Below the pieces are notes generated by a model, which saw only the letters and a program-made list of their open reading frames with translations, was not told the DNA's origin and did not search any database. 64,000 nt of DNA from Candidatus Pacearchaeota archaeon (GTDB lineage Archaea > Nanobdellota > Nanobdellia > Pacearchaeales > GW2011-AR1), in contig JAVZCO010000001.1 in NCBI GenBank assembly GCA_038874355.1, positions 159,295-223,294 on the forward strand. The letters run 5' to 3'. Positions 47,844 through 56,903 of this stretch are shown piece after piece. Both the position numbers and the translations under genes were made by a program. The first letter of the stretch is position 1. Every line of letters starts with the position of its first letter.

Positions 47844-48251
47844 ATGAAAATTATAGGTTTTGGTTTAACAAGAATAGAAGCAAAAAAATTAGATAATATA
47901 AAAGATGATTTAAAAATAAACACAAATGTAGAAATAAAAGAAATAGTAAAAGAAGAAATAGAATCTTTAAAAGATTTTTATCCTCTAAAAATATCTTTTT
48001 CTTTTTCAGTAAATTATCTAGAGAATATAGGATATGTAAATATTGATGGTTATCTTGTTATTTCAACAGACAAAAAAGAATTTAAAGAAATTTTAAAAGA
48101 CTGGGAAGATAAAAAAATAGAAGACTCTATAAAATTAATAATTTTAAATTTTATTATAACAAAAGTTAGTTTAAAAGCTTTACAATTAGAAGAAGAACTT
48201 AACTTACCTTATCACATTCCATTCCCAAGAATAAAAAAGCAAAAAGAATAA
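47844..48251 (+). CDS. hypothetical protein
   Basis: 135-aa ORF with normal composition. No family recognised. Confidence 0.45.
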   Translation: MKIIGFGLTRIEAKKLDNIKDDLKINTNVEIKEIVKEEIESLKDFYPLKISFSFSVNYLENIGYVNIDGYLVISTDKKEFKEILKDWEDKKIEDSIKLIILNFIITKVSLKALQLEEELNLPYHIPFPRIKKQKE

Positions 48252-48422
48252 AAGTAAAAAGATAAAAGCAAATTAAATTTTTATCTGTTAATTATTTTTT
48301 ATTTGATAACTATTTTAATTATTTTTAAATAATAAAACAAAAATTTATAAATTCTTTTTTCCATAAATTATTAAGATTTCTTCTGGGGAAAGAGGTGTTT
48401 AAATAAACTTTTATTAAATAGA

Positions 48423-48650
48423 ATGGAAGAACAAAAAATAAAAAATTATATAGAAAATAAGATTTGTGGTTGTTATAATCCAAATTTTCATTTTTGTGGA
48501 TTAGTAAATTTAAAAACAGGTTGCGAAGGAAATCTAGAAAGGTGTATTAAAGATGCAATAGAAATAAGAGAAAAAAGAAAAAATAATACTAATATAAGTT
48601 GTTATAAATTAAATAAAGGAGAATGCTACGGCTGTAAAAAGCAAATATAA
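48423..48650 (+). CDS. small Cys-rich hypothetical protein
   Basis: 75 aa with 8 Cys. Lies 6 nt upstream of the aminopeptidase gene. Confidence 0.4.
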   Translation: MEEQKIKNYIENKICGCYNPNFHFCGLVNLKTGCEGNLERCIKDAIEIREKRKNNTNISCYKLNKGECYGCKKQI

Positions 48651-48656
48651 ATTAAG

Positions 48657-49736
48657 ATGCCAACTGATTTAAGAGCGAGAGAATTAGCAAAATTAGCAGT
48701 AAAATTATGTACAAAAGTCAAAAAAGGAGAAAATGTAATTATATCAGGTTCAAGTGAATCAGAGCCTTTCATAATAGAACTTTATAAACAAGTTATTCTT
48801 GCAGGAGCTCATCCAATAATAAGAATGATTCCAAATAATATATCAGATTTCTTTTATAAATATGCTAATGAAGAACAATTAAAAAATTTTCCTAAATATT
48901 GGTTTGATACAGTTAAATCAGCACAAGTTTATATTGGAATCTATACAGATTTGAATACAAGAGAATTAACCTCTGTAAATTCAGAAAGAATCTCTATAAG
49001 AAAAAAAATATTAAATCCAATTTCTGATTATATAGTAAACAATAGAGACAAAATAAGAAGATTAACTATAGCTTATCCTTGTTTGGCTCATGCAATAGAA
49101 GCTGAAATGTCTTTAACAGAATGGGAAAATTTTGTATACTCTTCTTGTTTGCAAAACTGGCCTGTTTTAATAAGAAAGATGAAAAAAATAAGAAAATTAT
49201 TCAAAGAAGGTTCTTTTGTTCATTTAATTGGCCCTAATTTAGATTTAAAATTCAGGGTTCATGGAGAAAAAGCAGTATGTGATACAAATACTTTTGAAAA
49301 TATGCCTGCTGGAGAAATTTTTATGGCACCATTTAAAGAAAGTTTAAATGGATGGGTAAAATTTGACTATCCTGCAATAGAAGCTGGAAAAGAAGTTTCT
49401 GGTATTTATTTAGAATTCAAAGAAGGAAAAGTTGTAAATGCAAGAGCAGAAAAAAATCAAAATCATCTTTATTCTTTATTAAATATAGATGAAAATGCAA
49501 AATATGTAGGAGAATTTGGAATTGGATGTAATCCAAAAATAAATAAGTTTACTAAAAATTTATTATTTGACGAAAAAATTGAAGGAACAATACATCTTGC
49601 TTTAGGAATGTCTTATAAAGAAAATGGTTCATATAATAATTCTGCCTTACACTGGGATCTTGTAAAAGATATGAAAAATGGAAAGATAATTGTTGATAAT
49701 AAAGTTATTCAAAGTAAAGGGATTTGGAGAATATAG
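48657..49736 (+). CDS. M29-family aminopeptidase (AmpS/PepS-like)
   Basis: PAGEIFMAP, GEFGIGCNP, DEKIEGTIHLALG. Confidence 0.75.
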   Translation: MPTDLRARELAKLAVKLCTKVKKGENVIISGSSESEPFIIELYKQVILAGAHPIIRMIPNNISDFFYKYANEEQLKNFPKYWFDTVKSAQVYIGIYTDLNTRELTSVNSERISIRKKILNPISDYIVNNRDKIRRLTIAYPCLAHAIEAEMSLTEWENFVYSSCLQNWPVLIRKMKKIRKLFKEGSFVHLIGPNLDLKFRVHGEKAVCDTNTFENMPAGEIFMAPFKESLNGWVKFDYPAIEAGKEVSGIYLEFKEGKVVNARAEKNQNHLYSLLNIDENAKYVGEFGIGCNPKINKFTKNLLFDEKIEGTIHLALGMSYKENGSYNNSALHWDLVKDMKNGKIIVDNKVIQSKGIWRI

Positions 49737-50451
49737 ATTTTATATTTTTTAATTTTCCGAAATCATATAAATTATTATCATCACTTATAGCATAAATATT
49801 AAAATTTTCTTTATTAATTTTAAAATCTAAATTTAAATCTTCATTTTCAAATATATCAACTCCTTCTACTAAAGGAAAAAAGCTTGGAAGAATTATAACT
49901 TTTTTACTTTTATATTTCCCGATTAAAAAACACTTATATTTTTCTTTTTTTACATATTTTTTTATTGTTATTGCTGGATGATTATGCCCAACAATCCAGA
50001 ACTTTATTTTTTTATTAAATAATTCCTTAAAAATTTTATTTCCATGAAAAAAAGCATATTCTTTTTCGATATGAAAGTCTTTTATAATTACTTTTAACTT
50101 TTTTATTAGATATTCTAAAGAATTGTCATGATTTCCTTTAATCAAAATAATTTCTTTACAATTTTGTTTTAGTAAATATAAAATTTCTAAAATCTCCTCT
50201 TTTTCATTTTTATTTATTCTGCCAAAATCATGTTTTAAATCCCCTAATATTAAAATTTTATTTGGCTTTGTCTTATTTAAAATATAAAATATATCTTTTT
50301 TTATTTCTTCTTTAATAATTTTAGGTACAAAAAAACCATTTTTTAAAAAAATTTGTTCATATCCTACATGTAAATCACTAATAACTAAAATCTTCTCTTT
50401 TATTAAAAATAAAGATTTTCCAATAATTTTTATATTTTTATCTAATATCAT
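49705..50451 (-). CDS. binuclear metallophosphoesterase (SbcD/Mre11-related, Lhr-associated MPE type)
   Basis: ISDLHVGYE, ILGDLKHDF, GNHD, GHNHP. Downstream of lhr on the same strand. Confidence 0.75.
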   Translation of the reverse strand: MILDKNIKIIGKSLFLIKEKILVISDLHVGYEQIFLKNGFFVPKIIKEEIKKDIFYILNKTKPNKILILGDLKHDFGRINKNEKEEILEILYLLKQNCKEIILIKGNHDNSLEYLIKKLKVIIKDFHIEKEYAFFHGNKIFKELFNKKIKFWIVGHNHPAITIKKYVKKEKYKCFLIGKYKSKKVIILPSFFPLVEGVDIFENEDLNLDFKINKENFNIYAISDDNNLYDFGKLKNIKSIFSKSLYFE

Positions 50452-50488
50452 AATCCTATGAATATAGAAAACTTAATAAAAATAACTT

Positions 50489-50797
50489 TTATTTTTTATA
50501 AGAAATTATTATTTTTTTATTATTTCCTTCTTCTTCATAAATTGTAAATTCGTTCATAATTCCTATTTCTATTTCCAATTTACTTTGTTTAAATTGTATA
50601 TCTTTTATATTACTTCCATAAATATAGATTTTGTAATACCCAAAATTTAGATTTTCTTTTTTATCTTTTATATATGCATAACAAGAATAATCTCCATTCT
50701 TATTAAAATTTTTTATTATATTTTCTAATTTTTTCAATTTTCCATTTATACTTTCCTCACTATATTTTGTTATTAATAAAAAATTGTTTTTTTTCAT
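50489..50797 (-). CDS. hypothetical protein between lhr and the MPE gene
   Basis: 102-aa ORF on the operon strand. No family recognised. Confidence 0.4.
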   Translation of the reverse strand: MKKNNFLLITKYSEESINGKLKKLENIIKNFNKNGDYSCYAYIKDKKENLNFGYYKIYIYGSNIKDIQFKQSKLEIEIGIMNEFTIYEEEGNNKKIIISYKK

Positions 50798-50869
50798 AAT
50801 TTTAAAATAGAAAGATAGTTTAAAAATAAATCTATTTTATAAAAAATATATTATAAGCATTACAATTAT

Positions 50870-53470
50870 TTATAAATTTTTTATAGAGTTCTTTTTTATT
50901 TCTTCATAAACTCTCTTAATGAAATTTAATTTATCTTCTATTTTTATAATATCATAATAACTCTGTAAAATTAAATTTATAGCAAATGGACTACATATCC
51001 TTGTTTCCTTAAATTCTATTTTAATATCTTTATTTTTTATCCAATTAATAACTTTTTTTGCATTTTTTATATCCATAACATCTTCTAATATTTCTCTCCT
51101 TGTTTCTTTCAAAATAGGAAAATTATTATCTAATCTTCTCACGCTATCAATTAAAAAAGAAGATTTTAATTGTAATTTTGCAATAGATTTTTTATTACCT
51201 TTATAATTCCTTAATATCGTCAAAGCACGAGAAGCACAATGTCTAAATCTTCTTTTTAATATCTCTGATTTTTCAATCGCTTCTTTTAAAATTTCTTCTA
51301 AGTTATTTTCATTAATAAAATTTAAAGTTTTTTCAATTTTTTCCTTATTTATATTTTCCCCAATTAAATAAAAGCCATTATCATTTATTCCAATCTCAAT
51401 ATCCCTTACATTTTGTTTCGCTAAAATAAAAGCAATAGCTCTTGATAAAGCATCATTCACTCTTCTTCCAAATAAAGAATGAAAAATATAATAATTTTTT
51501 TCTACCTTATAATTTTCTATTATTATTTTATTTAAATGAGGAATACCAATATAATCATTTTGTAATAAAAAATAATTATAAATTTCCTCTGCTATTTCTT
51601 TTTTTATATAACAAAATTTTTCAATAAATTTAATAATATCTTCTTTTTCTTCTTTGTTTATTCTTTCATTAATTAATTTTCTGAATCTTTGTATGTCTAA
51701 AGCAAGGTCAAAAGATAAAGGTAAAATTTCTGAAAACCAAGAAGGAATCGTAGGAGGCCTATCAATAGTTTGGCTAACATATAATTTCATTCCTCTACTA
51801 AACATATATACATATTTATTACCACCCAAAACAAAAACGTCCCCTTTCTTCATTCTCTCAAAAAAACTTTCATCTATATTTCCTATTTTTATTTCTTTTC
51901 CATCTTTTCTTAAGATAACAGAAATAAAAGATTCTTCTGGTATTGTTCCTATATTTGTCATGTATATCATTCTTGCCAATTTTCCCTTTTTACCTATTTC
52001 TCCTGTTTTTTCATCATACCAAATTTTTGCATAAACTCTTTTATCTTCTAAAGCATATTCTCCAGCTAAATAAGATATAACAGAAAGAAAATCTTCATAA
52101 CTTAAGTATTTATAACAATAACTCCCTCTAATTATATTAAACATATCTTTTATATTATATTTTTTTGTTATAGCCATTCCATAGATATGTTGGGACAAAA
52201 CATCTAAGCAGTTTTTAGGAATTTCTACATTATCTATTTTTCTTTCTATTATATTCTTTAACATTATACTACATTCTACTAAATCATCTTTATCTAAAAC
52301 AATAAATCTTCCTTTGATAGTGTCATGTAATTTATGACCGGCCCTTCCTATTCTTTGTAATGCTCTTGCAACAGATTTTGGGCTTCCTAATAAAATCACC
52401 ATATCTATATAGCCTATATCTATTCCTAACTCTAAACTTGTAGAAGACACAATAACTTTTAATTTTCCTTCTCTTAATTTCTTTTCAATATCAAATCTAT
52501 ACTCTCTACTTAAACTTCCATGATGAGCACCTATATCATCTAAATATTTATTTGGAAAAATTTCTTTTAAGTGATTTACAACTCTTTCGGTAGCACTTCT
52601 TGTATTTGTAAATATTAAGGTAGTCTTATTTTGTTGTATTAAATTATCAATTACCTCATAAAGATATTTATTTATTTCTTTATTTTCATTAAAAATATCA
52701 CCAATATATAAAACATTAACATCCAATTTTTTTTCAAAATTAACATTTGCTATTACACATTCGTTAGAGCTTCCAATTAAAAATTTAGCTATTTCTTCTA
52801 AAGGAGATATTGTAGCAGATAACCCTATTCTAACAAAATCATAACTTATTTCCTTTAATCTTTCTAAGCTCAATGATAAATGTGTGCCTCTTTTATTAGC
52901 TAAAGAATGAATCTCGTCTATAATTACATATTCTACATTATCTAATTTTTCAATAAACTTTTTTGAAGTTATTATTATAGAAAGAGTTTCTGGAGTGGTT
53001 ATTAATATATGTGGAGGTTTTTTTAACTGCTCTTGTCTTTCCTTTATTGTTGTGTCTCCTGTTCTTAACGAAATTCTTATTTTTTGCAGTTTTATATTTC
53101 TTTTTTTTGCTATTTCTTCTATTTCATTTAAAGGAGTTATTAAATTTACATATATATCATTACTTAATGCTCTTAAAGGAGAAGTATATATGACATAAAC
53201 TTTATCTTCCAATTCATTTTTTTCAGCAAGAATAATAAGATAATTTAAAATGCTTAAAAAAGCAGTAAGAGTTTTTGTTCCACCAGTAGGAGCAGAAATC
53301 AAAGTATTTTTTCTTTTCCATATAGGAATAACACCATATAGTTGCGTTTTACTAAAATTTTCAAATTTTGAAAAAAACCATTCTTTAACTAAAGGGTGTA
53401 AAATTTCATTTATTTTTTCTTTGCTTACCTCTTTGGCATATTCTATTTTATATTCTTCCATTTTAATCAA
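50870..53470 (-). CDS. lhr: Lhr-family ATP-dependent DEAD/DEAH helicase
   Basis: HPLVKEWF, APTGGTKT, IIDEIHSL, SAT, QRIGRAGH, and a long C-terminal DEAD-associated region. Confidence 0.85.
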   Translation of the reverse strand: MIKMEEYKIEYAKEVSKEKINEILHPLVKEWFFSKFENFSKTQLYGVIPIWKRKNTLISAPTGGTKTLTAFLSILNYLIILAEKNELEDKVYVIYTSPLRALSNDIYVNLITPLNEIEEIAKKRNIKLQKIRISLRTGDTTIKERQEQLKKPPHILITTPETLSIIITSKKFIEKLDNVEYVIIDEIHSLANKRGTHLSLSLERLKEISYDFVRIGLSATISPLEEIAKFLIGSSNECVIANVNFEKKLDVNVLYIGDIFNENKEINKYLYEVIDNLIQQNKTTLIFTNTRSATERVVNHLKEIFPNKYLDDIGAHHGSLSREYRFDIEKKLREGKLKVIVSSTSLELGIDIGYIDMVILLGSPKSVARALQRIGRAGHKLHDTIKGRFIVLDKDDLVECSIMLKNIIERKIDNVEIPKNCLDVLSQHIYGMAITKKYNIKDMFNIIRGSYCYKYLSYEDFLSVISYLAGEYALEDKRVYAKIWYDEKTGEIGKKGKLARMIYMTNIGTIPEESFISVILRKDGKEIKIGNIDESFFERMKKGDVFVLGGNKYVYMFSRGMKLYVSQTIDRPPTIPSWFSEILPLSFDLALDIQRFRKLINERINKEEKEDIIKFIEKFCYIKKEIAEEIYNYFLLQNDYIGIPHLNKIIIENYKVEKNYYIFHSLFGRRVNDALSRAIAFILAKQNVRDIEIGINDNGFYLIGENINKEKIEKTLNFINENNLEEILKEAIEKSEILKRRFRHCASRALTILRNYKGNKKSIAKLQLKSSFLIDSVRRLDNNFPILKETRREILEDVMDIKNAKKVINWIKNKDIKIEFKETRICSPFAINLILQSYYDIIKIEDKLNFIKRVYEEIKKNSIKNL

Positions 53471-53547
53471 AAAATTAAATGATAGTTATATTTAAATTTA
53501 ATTTTATACTCTTTAAAGATATAAATTTCAAAATAATAACTTATGAT

Positions 53548-53560
53548 AAAATATATAAAT
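53548..53560 (+). promoter_or_regulatory. TATA-like box
   Basis: AAAATATATAAAT centred about 26 nt upstream of the ATG at 53581. Confidence 0.45.
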
Positions 53561-53580
53561 TATTAAAAAATAGTTCTTCT

Positions 53581-53841
53581 ATGAAACTTTCTCAAAACAA
53601 AAAAGAAAAAATACAAGAACAAATAATATCTTATTTATTAACTATTTACCCTTCTTCTAAATTTACCGCAGAAATTGCAAGAGAAATTGCAAGAGACGAA
53701 GAATTTACACTAAAATTATTAAAAGATTTAGAAGAAAAAAGAATAGTTTCAAAAATAGTAAAAAATCCAAAAGGAAAGCCTTATTCAAAAAGAATTAGAT
53801 GGTGTTTATCTAAACAAGCTTATTTTGCTTATCAGAGTTAA
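53581..53841 (+). CDS. small winged-helix DNA-binding protein (start revised)
   Basis: MKLSQNKKEKIQEQIISYLL...FTAEIAREIARDEEFTLKLLKDLEEKRIV...PYSKRIRW. The track's upstream extension is F/I-rich and overlaps the lhr 5' region. Confidence 0.55.
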   Translation: MKLSQNKKEKIQEQIISYLLTIYPSSKFTAEIAREIARDEEFTLKLLKDLEEKRIVSKIVKNPKGKPYSKRIRWCLSKQAYFAYQS

Positions 53842-53861
53842 AAAAATATTTTATAATAAAT

Positions 53862-53875
53862 AAATATTTATAAAA
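53862..53875 (+). promoter_or_regulatory. TATA-like box
   Basis: AAATATTTATAAAA centred about 26 nt upstream of the ATG at 53896. Confidence 0.45.
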
Positions 53876-53895
53876 CTATATTGTTAATTTTTTTT

Positions 53896-54750
53896 ATGGA
53901 TAAAATAAAAAAATCTTTTCAAAAAGTAAAAGAGGATATCTTTTTTTTAGGAGAAAAAATCTCAAAATTAGAAGAATCTATTTCTAAAATTAATTCGTTT
54001 TTAGAAATAATAAATAAGGAGATAACAGAATTAAAACTAAATATATTAGAAAATAATTCAAAAATAAAAAATAAAAATAATAATTTATTTATTCCAACAC
54101 AAAAAGAAAAAATACAGACAAATAACAGTGATATAAAGACAAATAAAGAAGATTCGGCAGATAAAATATATTTTAAAGGCTTAAAAAAAGAAAATTATAA
54201 TGTTTCCATAGGAAATAATGGGGTTCCAACAGACAGACAGACAGACAGACAGACAAACGAACAAACAAAAAATATAGAAGAAAATAATAAAAAAATAAAT
54301 AAAATAGATAATAAAAATAATATTAGTGAAATATCAGTAGTGCCTAATTACTATAAAGAAAAATATAAAAATTTAAATGTAGTGGATAAAAATAAAGAAA
54401 ACATAACAATAAAAAATGATTTTGAAGAAATATTAAAAATATTAAATAGTTTAGATATCATAAAAAAAGAAATAAGAAACAAATTTAAAAGATTAACAGA
54501 ACAAGAATTTAAGGTTTTTTCTTATATTTATGATTTAGAGGAAAAAGGATTTTTAGTAGATTATAAATTACTTTCAGAAAAATTAAATTTGACAGAATCT
54601 TCCGTAAGAGATTACGTAGGAAAATTAATAAAAAAAGGAATTCCTATAATAAAAGAAAAAATAAATAATAAACAGGTCATTCTTCATATAAGTAAAGAAC
54701 TAAAGGAAGTAACACCTTTAGAAACAATAATTAAATTAAGAAATATTTAA
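53896..54750 (+). CDS. coiled-coil / low-complexity linker / C-terminal winged-helix protein (start revised to ATG)
   Basis: N-terminus KSFQKVKEDIFFLGEKISKLEE, linker PTDRQTDRQTNEQT, C-terminus LTEQEFKVFSYIYDLEEKGFLVDYKLLSEKLNLTESSVRDYVGKLIKKG. Confidence 0.6.
   Translation: MDKIKKSFQKVKEDIFFLGEKISKLEESISKINSFLEIINKEITELKLNILENNSKIKNKNNNLFIPTQKEKIQTNNSDIKTNKEDSADKIYFKGLKKENYNVSIGNNGVPTDRQTDRQTNEQTKNIEENNKKINKIDNKNNISEISVVPNYYKEKYKNLNVVDKNKENITIKNDFEEILKILNSLDIIKKEIRNKFKRLTEQEFKVFSYIYDLEEKGFLVDYKLLSEKLNLTESSVRDYVGKLIKKGIPIIKEKINNKQVILHISKELKEVTPLETIIKLRNI
54229..54252 (+). repeat. (ACAG)x6 tetranucleotide repeat inside a CDS
   Basis: Six perfect ACAG units followed by the degenerate ACAAACGAACAAACA. 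Confidence 0.9.
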
Positions 54751-55072
54751 AAAATTAATTATAATTATTAAAAGTTCGTTTTAAATTTATTAATATTATT
54801 AATATAAATTATAAATTATGATAATATATTTATGTTAATATTATTCGTTGTAACGATTATTTAATTATTAATATCTTATATTATAAAATGATCTATATAT
54901 ATTTCTATTATTAAGCCTTATAAATAAAAAATTTTTACATTTTATTTAATTCTCTAACTTTCTTAATATCTAAATTTTTAAATAACACAATTATTAATTA
55001 ATTTAATTTTTTATTTTTTAAGCTTTAAAAAGCTATTTTTTTATTTCACACTTTTTATTTTTTTATTAATTA

Positions 55073-55708
55073 TCACTCAATTTCCTCTATTTTTTCACTT
55101 TTTTTCTTTTTATTATCTCTCACTTTTACGTTTTTTAATATTCTTTCTTTTATACTATCCTCTATAAATATCCTTTTTTTACCATTTTTTTCAATTATCT
55201 CTTGAATTAAACCCTCACTTTTCTGTTTTATTGAGTTTATTTGCCCTCTTATAGTAGCTCTTGTTTTTCCCATCATTGCAGCAAGATCATCATAACTTAA
55301 TTTTAGGTCTGTATTTAACAATACCCAAATTATTGCTCTTTCCATAGCACTAAAATTCTTAAAAATGCCATAAACACCTGTTTGAACAGGTGTTTGAACA
55401 CCTAAACAAACACCTTCAACAGCTGTTTGTTTTTCAATTTTTTGAACAGGTGTTTTAAACAGCTGTTTAAACAGCTCTTTATCAATAGTATCAACAATAT
55501 TTTTTAATCCTTCTATTTCATTTTTTATCGACGATATTTGCTGTTTTATATCAGAAATATCATTTTCTATTTTTTCATCCTTCTTATTCAAATGTTCAAC
55601 CCACAAACCAAGGTTGTTTATATCCTTTTTTACAGCTTCAAAGCTTCTTTTTATCTCCTCTTTCTTTATTTCTTCATCTTTTTTTCTTTTAAATATCCAT
55701 CTAAACAT
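55073..55708 (-). CDS. coiled-coil / QT-rich linker / C-terminal winged-helix protein, paralog of 53896-54750
   Basis: N-terminus IKRSFEAVKKDINNLGLWVEHL, linker FKTPVQKIEKQTAVEGVCLGVQTPVQTGV, C-terminus FSAMERAIIWVLLNTDLKLSYDDLAAMMGKTRATIRGQINSI. Confidence 0.6.
   Translation of the reverse strand: MFRWIFKRKKDEEIKKEEIKRSFEAVKKDINNLGLWVEHLNKKDEKIENDISDIKQQISSIKNEIEGLKNIVDTIDKELFKQLFKTPVQKIEKQTAVEGVCLGVQTPVQTGVYGIFKNFSAMERAIIWVLLNTDLKLSYDDLAAMMGKTRATIRGQINSIKQKSEGLIQEIIEKNGKKRIFIEDSIKERILKNVKVRDNKKKKSEKIEEIE
55372..55395. repeat. inverted repeat inside a CDS (11-bp arms, 2-nt spacer)
   Basis: AAACACCTGTT-TG-AACAGGTGTTT. Confidence 0.8.
55454..55471. repeat. 18-bp perfect palindrome TTTAAACAGCTGTTTAAA inside a CDS
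   Basis: Identical to 55885-55902 in the upstream tandem repeat. Confidence 0.85.
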
Positions 55709-55730
55709 AATTTAATCACATAAATATTAT

Positions 55731-55744
55731 TTATAAATCTTTTT
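55731..55744 (-). promoter_or_regulatory. BRE/TATA-like box
   Basis: The minus strand reads AAAAAGATTTATAA, centred about 27 nt upstream of the ATG at 55708. Confidence 0.5.
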
Positions 55745-55848
55745 ATTTTTCAATTTTTCGTCGTATTTATTATAAAATTTTATTTAAAAAATATTTAATT
55801 TTTTATAAAAAAGATAAATGTTTATTCTTATAATCGATATATATAAAA

Positions 55849-55948
55849 AGCTGTTTAAACACCCTTAAACACCATAAAATTTTATTTAAACAGCTGTTTA
55901 AACACCCTTAAACACCATAAAATTTTATTTAAACACCTTTAAACACCC
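55849..55948. repeat. 43-bp tandem direct repeat, about 2.3 copies
   Basis: Units at 55849-55891 and 55892-55934 are identical (AGCTGTTTAAACACCCTTAAACACCATAAAATTTTATTTAAAC), followed by a partial third unit. Rich in TAAACACC half-sites. Confidence 0.85.
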
Positions 55949-56243
55949 TATATTATAAAATAAATTAAAAAATCTTTTAAATTTTATTAAAAATAGGTTA
56001 AAATTAATAAAAATATTATTTTTAAGAATAATTGATAAGTGTATTAAAAAATATTTTTTTAATAAAAAGATTTTTAAATTAAAATTAATTATTATAAGTA
56101 AAGTAATTAATTAAATAAAATAATATAAATTTGATAAATAAAAAAAGATTTGATAAGTTTTGATTATTTACTGATAATAAGATTATTAAATAATAGGGTT
56201 ATTAATTTATTTATAATAAAAAGATTTAATGATAAAATTGAAA

Positions 56244-56251
56244 GGAGGTGA
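56244..56251 (+). promoter_or_regulatory. Shine-Dalgarno-like site
   Basis: GGAGGTGA, 11 nt upstream of the ATG at 56263. Confidence 0.5.
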
Positions 56252-56262
56252 GAAAATAAAAA

Positions 56263-56478
56263 ATGAAAAAAACAAAAGCAATAAAAATATTTGGATGGAT
56301 AATTGCTATTTTATCTTTGCTTAATTTATTAAGAATAAACATAACAGAAACATCTAATCCTTTGTTTCAACTAATAATCTCTTTAGTTGTTTTGGTTTTA
56401 GCAATAGTCCTTTTGACATTCAATCAAAAAAATAATAAAAAACAAGAAAAAGAAGTTAAAAATAAAAGAAAAAAATAA
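56263..56478 (+). CDS. small 2-TM membrane protein
   Basis: 71 aa with two hydrophobic helices, a K-rich tail and a strong SD. Confidence 0.5.
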   Translation: MKKTKAIKIFGWIIAILSLLNLLRINITETSNPLFQLIISLVVLVLAIVLLTFNQKNNKKQEKEVKNKRKK

Positions 56479-56519
56479 ATTTTATTGACTTTAGATTAGT
56501 TTATTTAAATTTTTATTTT

Positions 56520-56542
56520 CACTTAGGTGACCTTAGTTAAAA
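56520..56542. repeat. inverted repeat, left copy (contains the near-palindrome CTTAGGTGACCTTAG)
   Basis: CACTTAGGTGACCTTAGTTAAAA. 20 of 23 positions match the reverse complement of 56762-56784. Confidence 0.7.
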
Positions 56543-56761
56543 AATAATAAAGAAAATAAAAATTTTAAATAAGTAACTTATACAATTTTTAAAAAATAAG
56601 ATCCATATTATAATTTTTTTAATAAAAATAGCAAAAAATAAAAAATGAAAAACAAAACAAAAATAAAAAAATAATATTTAAGAATAAAATAAAAATTAAA
56701 AAAATTTATATTAGAAAGATTATAAAAAAATAATAGAATAATTAAATAATAAATATAATGA

Positions 56762-56784
56762 TTTTAACTAAGTTAACCTTAGTG
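56762..56784. repeat. inverted repeat, right copy (contains the near-palindrome CTAAGTTAACCTTAG)
   Basis: TTTTAACTAAGTTAACCTTAGTG. Confidence 0.7.
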
Positions 56785-56889
56785 CAAAAAAATAAAAATA
56801 TTAATAACCTATAGTAGAAAAAATTAGAAAAATAATAAAAAGTTCGCACAAGAGTTATTAAACGAACCATTATTTATAATAAAATTTGA

Positions 56890-56903
56890 AAAAATTTATA
56901 AAG
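56890..56903 (+). promoter_or_regulatory. TATA-like box
   Basis: AAAAATTTATAAAG centred about 26 nt upstream of the ATG at 56924. Confidence 0.45.

Noticed and set aside
53479-53580. The upstream extensions of the ORF-track entries 53479-53841 and 53881-54750, and the TTG/GTG starts at 23852 and 21532.
   Set aside because: The extensions are F/I-rich, start at non-ATG codons or overlap the neighbouring gene. The internal ATGs have a TATA-like box or an SD at the canonical spacing.
55849-55948. Possible CRISPR array.
   Set aside because: The 43-bp units are directly tandem with no spacers. There are only about 2.3 copies and no cas genes in the window. I treat it as an iteron or operator-type tandem repeat instead.
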